Source: Eledone cirrhosa
Lineage: Eukaryota
DNA length: 64,000 nucleotides
Direction: 5' to 3'
Assembly: GCA_964016885.1 (NCBI GenBank)
Contig: OZ024741.1
Span: 264,988,001 to 265,052,000 of the forward strand
Position 1 is the stretch's first letter. Every line of letters begins with the position of its first letter. The position numbers were made by a program, and so were the translations under genes. The notes under the pieces are model-generated. The model was not told where the DNA came from, searched no databases, and saw nothing but the letters and a program-made list of their open reading frames with translations. Positions 56,418 through 64,000 of this stretch are shown one piece after another.

Positions 56418-58742
56418 TAATATAAGATCAAAAGATCGTTAAAGGAGTTCCATGTATTTTATTATGCGCATTTCAAAAACAAACATCATCATGCAATAAT
56501 ATTTGTGTTTTCATCAGATAAAACAAGAGAACATGATATGAAGGCTAAAAACACTTGTGGATAGTGCAGTTTTAAATCAACATATGAAAAGTGGTTTTAG
56601 ATTGATGTGTGATATTGGGAAAAATATTTTATTTAGAGAGGGGGGGGGGGGGGGGGAAGGATGAAAAAGGGGAGGAGATGAGAGGGAGAGATGGGTGACA
56701 GAGAGAAAGAGATAGTTTTTATAACTGAGAGGAGATATATTGTTTTACATAGAGAGGTTGAAAACCGTTGGAAGATAATGTATAAATTAAAAAACTTTGA
56801 AAATTAACGAAGGGAGGATATGTGCGAGGAAAAAATATTTTATTTAGGGAGGGGGGGTGGAAAGGAAGAAAAAAGGGGGAGGAGATGAGAGTGAAGGTGG
56901 AGAGGGAGAGATGGGTGATAGAGAGAAAGAGATAGTTTTTATAACTGAGAAAAAGATATATTGTTTTACATAGAGAGGTTGAGAACCGTTGGAAGATAAT
57001 GTATAAATTAAAGGAATTTGAAAATTAACGAAGGGAATTTATGTATGAAGATAGAGAGAAAAAATAATAATTGTGGATGAATATTCTAACGTCAAAAAAA
57101 GTGTATGTTGATAAGTATTGTGGCAATTTCAAAATTAACGAAGAGAAAAATTATTAAGGTTTGTGTGTAGAAGGATTTGAGAAAAATAATGTGAAGTTAA
57201 AGTTTGTATATTGAAGGAATTGATAATATATGCGAATAAAGAGTTAATATGTATTAAGAATGAGTTCGTTGATGGGGAGAAAAAAAGAGAAAAAAGAAAA
57301 ATAAAGGACAAAAACATTAAATATACCATCTTTTGGAAGAAGGTTTCTTCTGCATCCTCATACTTGAACAGCTCTCTATCTAAAATCTGTAATCTCTGCC
57401 TAAATGAAAAATTTACCATTATCTCTAACCTAGATTCTATAATAAATAGACGTACAGATTTGTTTTCTATCTGCCTGCATAAATTCCATAGGACTTTTCA
57501 CAAAGTATACAGTTAATATTCAATTCTTTATCAATTTAGAATCTTTTCTCAAAGGCACATATACATACACCTCTTTAAAATATACCCATCTTCCTACCTT
57601 ACTTTAAAGGGCATTATACACTCTATAATACTTGTTTACTCATTACCCTCATTCTATCTTCACCTTGTAAAATCCTTCATAACATATACATTTGTTTTTT
57701 TGACGTTAGAATATTCATCCGCAATCATTATTATTTTTTCTCTCTATCATAAATCTTTTTAATCTCAATTTCATCCTTAATTTATTTTTTTTTTTTTTCT
57801 CCCCATCAACGAACTCATTCTTAATACATATTAACTCTTTATTCGCATATATTATCAATTCCTTCAATATACAAACTTTAACTTCACATTATTTTTCTCA
57901 AATCCTTCTACACACAAACCTTAATAATTTTTCTCTTCGTTAATTTTGAAATTGCCACGATACTTATCAACATACACTTTTTTTGACGTTAGAATATTCA
58001 TCCACAATTATTATTTTTTCTCTCTATCTTCATACATAAATTCCCTTCGTTAATTTTCAAATTCCTTTAATTTATACATTATCTTCCAACGGTTCCCAAC
58101 CTCTCTATGTAAAACAATATATCTTTTTCTCAGTTATAAAAACTATCTCTTTCTCTCTATCACCCATCTCTCCCTCTCCACCTTCACTCTCATCTCCTCC
58201 CCCTTTTTTCATCCTTTCCACCCCCCCTCCCTAAATAAAATATTTTTTCCTCGCACATATCCTCCCTTCGTTAATTTTCAAAGTTTTTTAATTTATACAT
58301 TATCTTCCAACGGTTTTCAACCTCTCTATGTAAAACAATATATCTTCTCTCAGTTATAAAAACTATCTCTTTCTCTCTATCACCCATCTCTCCCTCTCAT
58401 CTCCTCCCCTTTTTCATCCTTTCCACCCCCCCCTCTCTAAATAAAATATTTTTCCCAATATCACACATCAATCTAAAACCACTTTTCATATGTTGATTTA
58501 AAACTGCACTATCCACAAGTGTTTTTAGCCTTCATATCATGTCTTCCTATTTTATCTGATGAAAACACAAATATTATTGCATGATGATGTTTGTTTTTGA
58601 AATGCGCATAATAAAATACATGGAACTCCTTTAACCATCTTTTGATCTTATATTATGTATACTCCAGTCCTACAAACTGTAGAGTGCTTCTTATCCGATA
58701 TCTGCATTGCTTTATTGTACTACAATAAAACTCACCTCCTAC

Positions 58743-58745
<3 letters not shown>
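56418..58745 (+). mobile_element. 5'-truncated PLE with a long inverted 5' copy of its 3' UTR (arms about 56418-57308 and 57773-58655)
   Basis: Spacer encodes the GIY-YIG C-terminus IFWKKVSSASSY..CNLCLNEKFTII..INRRTDLFSICLH; arms are near-identical reverse complements; (TA)n flanks. Confidence 0.85.
58548..58618 (+). ncRNA. Intact-looking type I hammerhead; antisense twin on - at 56455-56525
   Basis: TATTTTAT-CTGATGA-AAACACAAATATTATT-GCAT-GATGATGTTTGTTTTT-GAAA-TGCGCA-TA^ATAAAATA; 8-bp stem I; palindromic ATGCGCAT. Confidence 0.85.
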
Positions 58746-58839
<94 letters not shown>

Positions 58840-58841
<2 letters not shown>

Positions 58842-59434
58842 CAACCACGCAGAGCGCCATGTTTTCATATTCACACATATATAATTCCCTCCGCCGTGAC
58901 CCGTCTGTTTCTTTCTTACTGCTTTCCCTTTTCTCTGTATCTCTCACTTCCTTTTACCCCCTCTAACAGTCACTCTCTCTGTGAGCCTCTTCCTCACACT
59001 TTCACTCACTCACTCTCTGCTACTCCCTCTCCTACTTCCTCCCGTTTGCCCTGTGCGAGATTCTTTCCTCACGCACACTTCGACCAGGTCGGATGGTCTT
59101 TATTCTCTCTCGTCTACGATTTCACAGAACTTATGTTCATCGATTTCAGGGGCTTGACGCCTTCTTCCTCACTTTTCGTTGCATTACCATCTTTGATTGT
59201 TTACTGTCTCGCTCGTTCCCCTTATTTACGTGTCCTAACGACTTTCTTTAGCCGTTGCTCGTACCAACCGGAGGTATATGGTCTTTAAAGCGATGAAATA
59301 CCAATGAAGGTTGGAAGATCACTGATGAAAGACTAAATTTTTTCATATATATATACCACCACCCCACTCTCAAGAGCGTGAAACTAATAAACCTTTGTTC
59401 GTACTGCCTCTCTGTTTTGTTCCCGTTCAATTTT

Positions 59435-59438
<4 letters not shown>
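58840..59438 (+). mobile_element. About 600-bp (TA)n-flanked dispersed repeat of unknown class; relatives at about 56110-56395 and 49748-49820
   Basis: Shared TGCAACCACGCAG..CGCCATGTTT and GCGATGAAATACCAATGA..GTTGG..ATCACTGATGA. Confidence 0.55.
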
Positions 59439-59529
<91 letters not shown>

Positions 59530-59553
59530 TACTACTACTACTACTACTACTAC

Positions 59554-59724
59554 GTATCGGTAGAGAGTCGGACGCCATGCCTTCCAGCATAGTTACGTCC
59601 CTTTACGGTCTGAGTTCAAATCCCGCCGAGGTTAACTTTGCCTTTCATCCTTACGGGGTCGATAAAATAAAGTACCAGTAATGTACTGGTTATTTGCTGG
59701 TCTTGTGCCAAAAGTAGAAACAAT
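59554..59724 (+). mobile_element. Family-A SINE, slightly 5'-truncated
   Basis: B box plus family core. Confidence 0.88.
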
Positions 59725-60266
59725 TTTTATACAATTGCTAGATTTATGATAGTGGCTTATAACAATTGAGGAAAAATGTTGGCAGTTCGTTAAAATAAAT
59801 ATGAATCTGTGTATTTACTTAAGACATGCGACGTTGACATATGACTGTAAGGTAGTACAAGTTAAAACATGTGATGTAGAAAGTCACAGATTAAAACACT
59901 TGAACTCCAGATGACATATAAATAACATGTGACAGGAGGAAAGGGAAACGTCAGAGACTATATATATATATATATATATACAACCCTATATATATATATA
60001 GTGTATATATATAATAGTAATAATAATAAATTTGAAGACTAAAATCCAAAGAGGGTTCGATAAGGATAAATATATATCAAATATATATGAACGGTAGACC
60101 AAATATTTATTAAAATAACAGATTAAAGTTTAAGCAAAGAATCGCTGCTTTCACCCTTAACGGGATCTTCTGAAACTTTAATCTGTTATTTTAATATATA
60201 TATATATATATATATATAGGAACCAGTCGGGGTCTTACTGGTTCCTATATATATATATATATATAT

Positions 60267-60460
60267 ATAGGAACCAGTAAGACCCCGACGGCTGAGCTCA
60301 AGCCGTTTCGACGGCTAATTCTGAGTCCAGAATTAGCCGTCGAAACGGCTTGAGCTCAGCCGTCGGGGTCTTACTGGTTCCTATTACCCACTCTACTACC
60401 CCAAGTATTGAGTACTTTGGTGCGTTATGGTCCACTTGGTTCCTTACCACATTTCCTTCG

Positions 60461-60462
<2 letters not shown>
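60267..60462 (+). mobile_element. PLE-like terminus with a perfect fold-back (57-bp arms, 60267-60384) retaining the 3' half of a hammerhead
   Basis: GACGGCTAATTCTG-AGTC-CAGAATTAGCCGTC-GAAA-CGGCTTGAGCTCAGCCG-TC^GGGGTC. Confidence 0.75.
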
Positions 60463-60528
<66 letters not shown>

Positions 60529-60626
60529 GTAAATATATATATATAAAGAAAATCATTGACAACTACAGATAAAATATTTCCTATCTTCAATATTTTTAAA
60601 GAAGTATATTAAGGTTTATATATATA

Positions 60627-60731
<105 letters not shown>

Positions 60732-61404
60732 TATTTAGGAGTGACATGGATCAAATCATATGACTTGAGGCTAAAGATAATTCTTTCCTTGAATCGAACG
60801 ATTATATATTGCGGCTAACTTCTTTTTCTCCATCAATGACACCACAACCACCACCACTGCCGCCGCCACCACCACTACCACCACCACCAACCACCAACAC
60901 GATCATCAACATCATTTACCCTTTATTCGATGTAAACACTATTCTGTATTGCTTTTCGTGCTTGTATTGTCCCCGATATTCTAAGCCCTAGTGGATAATA
61001 AAGGTAAGCACCACCAAAACCAACACCACCATCATTGCTATTGAAGAGAAGTCTAACGTTTCGGATGCTTGTCTATTTTCGGAGGCAGAAAGAGAAAATA
61101 TAGAAGCCCTTTCGTTGAGTAACTACTATATTTTAAGTGGAAAGATACAATATTTTTTTAATGTATTAGCGACGAAAGTAAATTGAACTGTATTTTAAGG
61201 AAGATTGAAACCGCTTTACAATCACTCTCCTGTATAGGACATAGGTCGACTGCAGCTTCCTTAAACTGCCGAGGGGAGACGACATAGAATTAAATGCCCT
61301 ACTCCCAAACACACACAAAATATCACTTTCAGTGGATTTGATATCATATCTCATGGATTAGCATTAGTTTTAAAAACAAAACATTTCGGCCCTATATGTT
61401 GTTA

Positions 61405-61735
61405 GTGAAGGCGTCTGGCTTGTTAGTTAGAGAACTGGATTCGCAACCGTGAGGTTGTCAGTTCGATTCCTGGACCGGGTGATGCGTTATGTCCTTGAGC
61501 AAGACACTTTATTTCACGTTGTATTAGTAATTAGAAAGACGAACGGAAACATTGTTTCCTCGGTCGGATTTGATGAGAGTCGATCGACAGATTTATGTTG
61601 TTATTATCTGAACTCTGAACCCTTTCATCCTTGTGGGGTCGATAAAATAAAGTGCCAGTAACATACTGGAGTCGATTTAATCGAAATTCCCTTCCCTCAA
61701 GATTGCTGGCCATGTGCATAAAGTAGAAACAATTT
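61405..61735 (+). mobile_element. Family-B SINE head (about 61405-61525) and family-A SINE 3' part (about 61620-61735)
   Basis: CAGTTCGATTCC..CCTTGAGCAAGACACTT; CCTTTCATCCTTGTGGGGTCGATAAAATAAAG. Confidence 0.75.
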
Positions 61736-62285
61736 TCTGAACTCTGTACACAAATATTCCGTTCTCTACACTCAGATTTGGTGACTAACTTTCATTATAG
61801 CAACCATCTTCCCACAAACTCAGAGAACAATACTCAGCCTGTTCTAACATGTTATAGTAGCAAGCCTCCGATAGACGTTTTAAACTTGATTTGTGTTAAT
61901 ACATTACGTTGAAACATCTACATATGTTTTATACAAGTGTATGTAAGTTGTTACGTAAAAAAGGAGTATGTAAATGTGTGGAAGAATTCTTTAAATTCCA
62001 TTGACATTTCTTAAACAAGATATAGGAACTAGTCTTTCACTAAATTATCAGCTTCTTTCTAATACGATATATACAAATTTAGGTTTATTTGGGGGAAATT
62101 TGGAGAAATTTATCAATGATAGGGGTATTTCAGGCAATGTGTAAAACATCTGACTTCAGTTGGTCCATGTTTGAGAGAGTCAAGATTTAAATGGTAATGC
62201 CAAGGAAGTTGAAGTACAATTTCTATGATTAACCCTTTGCATCAACAGAAACTACATGACAATATGTGACTCGACACATATACAC

Positions 62286-62429
<144 letters not shown>

Positions 62430-62973
62430 TAATAATAATAAATGTGAAGATTAAAATCCGAAGAGGGCACGATAAGGATAATATATAAGTAAATATATAT
62501 AAAAACCGAAGAGCAAATATTTATTAAAATAACAGATTAACGTTTAAGCAATATATATATATATATTATATTATATTATACTAGCATAAAAACCACCCTT
62601 CGGGTGGTTTTCTGCTAGCATGTGTAGTGTGTATATTGATATTATACGCAGGTTTATATACATGTAGATATGATACATCAAATAAAATCGTAATTGACAA
62701 TATATAATACATAGCAATTGAACGAAGACTATGTTACACTGTCTTATGTAATCAGTAACGTAATCCACGATACATTAAAAAAGACGATATTATATATAAA
62801 CTGCATTAGCAGAAAATTAGTATGTTTATTTAAGCGATGGCCAACCGGAAGTGTTGACATTTCAGAAATTTTAAAGAAGTGAATCTTTAAATAAACAAAA
62901 TATATTTAATGAACAGCCACGAAATTTAGTAGATAAATTATGTAATATTCATTCATTATTTATTCAAAGTAAT

Positions 62974-63158
62974 GGGCGGTGGATTGGCAGTATCAGTAGA
63001 GGGTCGGACGCCATGCTTTCCAGCATAGTTATGTCCCTTTACGATCTGAATTCAAATCCCGCCGAGGTTGACTTTGCTTTTCATCCTTACGGGGTCGATA
63101 AAATAAAGTACCAGTAATGCACCGGGTAATTGCTGGCCTTGTGCCTAAAGTAGAAACA
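62974..63158 (+). mobile_element. Full-length family-A SINE with TSD
   Basis: 19-bp TSD ATTATTTATTCAAA(G/A)TAAT at 62955-62973 and 63159-63177; A and B boxes. Confidence 0.92.
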
Positions 63159-63362
63159 ATTATTTATTCAAAATAATCCAACTTATTTTACTAATGGGAT
63201 AAAAAATTATAAACCGTACGTAGTCCCGCGCTCCTTACTCTATTATAGTTTAGATGTATATTATTGACGATGTTATATGAAATATTCGCTATAATACCGT
63301 TTGCTCAGTTACTCATGCATCATATAGAAATAACTTCTCCGTGACTATTTCATTCGTATATA

Positions 63363-63718
63363 TACTCGCAGGTCTTGAATAATGCCCCCCCCCCCATTAA
63401 TTTTTCAGATCTTTTTCCACCCCACCCCACCCTCCACTTCCGCTTATTAAATTTTGCAGAATCTATCTCCGGGGAAATTTTCTTGTAAGTGATTCATATT
63501 GATACAGTAGCTGGAGAATCTAATACTAATTTTATTTTAATTTAAAAAAAAAAACATTATATATGACAAAAGAAGAACATTACCAGAAATCCCATATTTA
63601 CGAACGTACACTATACAATTACCGACCACCCCCTTTCCGCCTATAAGAATTTAATCTAATGTCCAATGCTCCACCCTGCTTATTCCGACCCCGCCCCCTA
63701 TATTGGGACCAGAAAGTA
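63363..63718. mobile_element. Possible decayed TA-flanked MITE (Tc1/mariner/pogo-like)
   Basis: Degenerate termini TACTCGCAGGTC / GACCAGAAAGTA and repeated internal CCC..CTTATT motifs. Confidence 0.4.
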
Positions 63719-63818
63719 CATATGTTCCCTATTGTGTGAGTTATATAATTTGAAATAACATATAACTGGCAGTAGAAAATATATTTGCCAGAACAGGTCA
63801 TGTTGACATATATACAAC

Positions 63819-63886
<68 letters not shown>

Positions 63887-64000
63887 ATATTATATATATA
63901 GTAATAATAATAAATGTGAAGACTAAAATCCAAAGAGAGCTCGATAAGGATAAATATATATCAAATATATAAGAACCGTAGAGCAAATATTTATTAAAAT

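Noticed and set aside
58840-59438. Solo LTR (TG...CA)
   Set aside because: Ends are ambiguous inside (TA)n, no TSD is definable and related copies end differently; left unclassified.

Overview
AT-rich, microsatellite-saturated animal DNA with no recognisable host protein-coding exon. The SINE sequences and repeat make-up suggest an octopod cephalopod (inference, not verified). Almost all long ORFs in the track are translated simple repeats. The real coding remnants are retroelement fragments: Penelope-like elements (PLE; RT C-terminus plus GIY-YIG at 9.7-10.9 kb, GIY-YIG tail at 57.3-57.5 kb), RTE-clade 3' ends and one L1/Tx1 3' end. There are also many tRNA-derived SINEs, two non-autonomous Helitrons, a hAT-type MITE and several minisatellites. 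The main hidden signal is RNA structure. About 30 intact, variant or decayed type I hammerhead ribozyme (HHR) motifs can be read by eye. The best case is a near-perfect 467-bp tandem array (about 9.3 units, 49.9-54.3 kb) in which each of the nine complete units carries an intact minimal hammerhead with a palindromic stem III and a long extended stem I. This looks like a retrozyme-like satellite that could yield self-cleaved or circular RNAs. Other copies show non-canonical cores (U4A, U3-A8), very long stem II inserts, and fold-back palindromes centred on ribozyme stems. All structures were assigned by eye; none was computed or tested.
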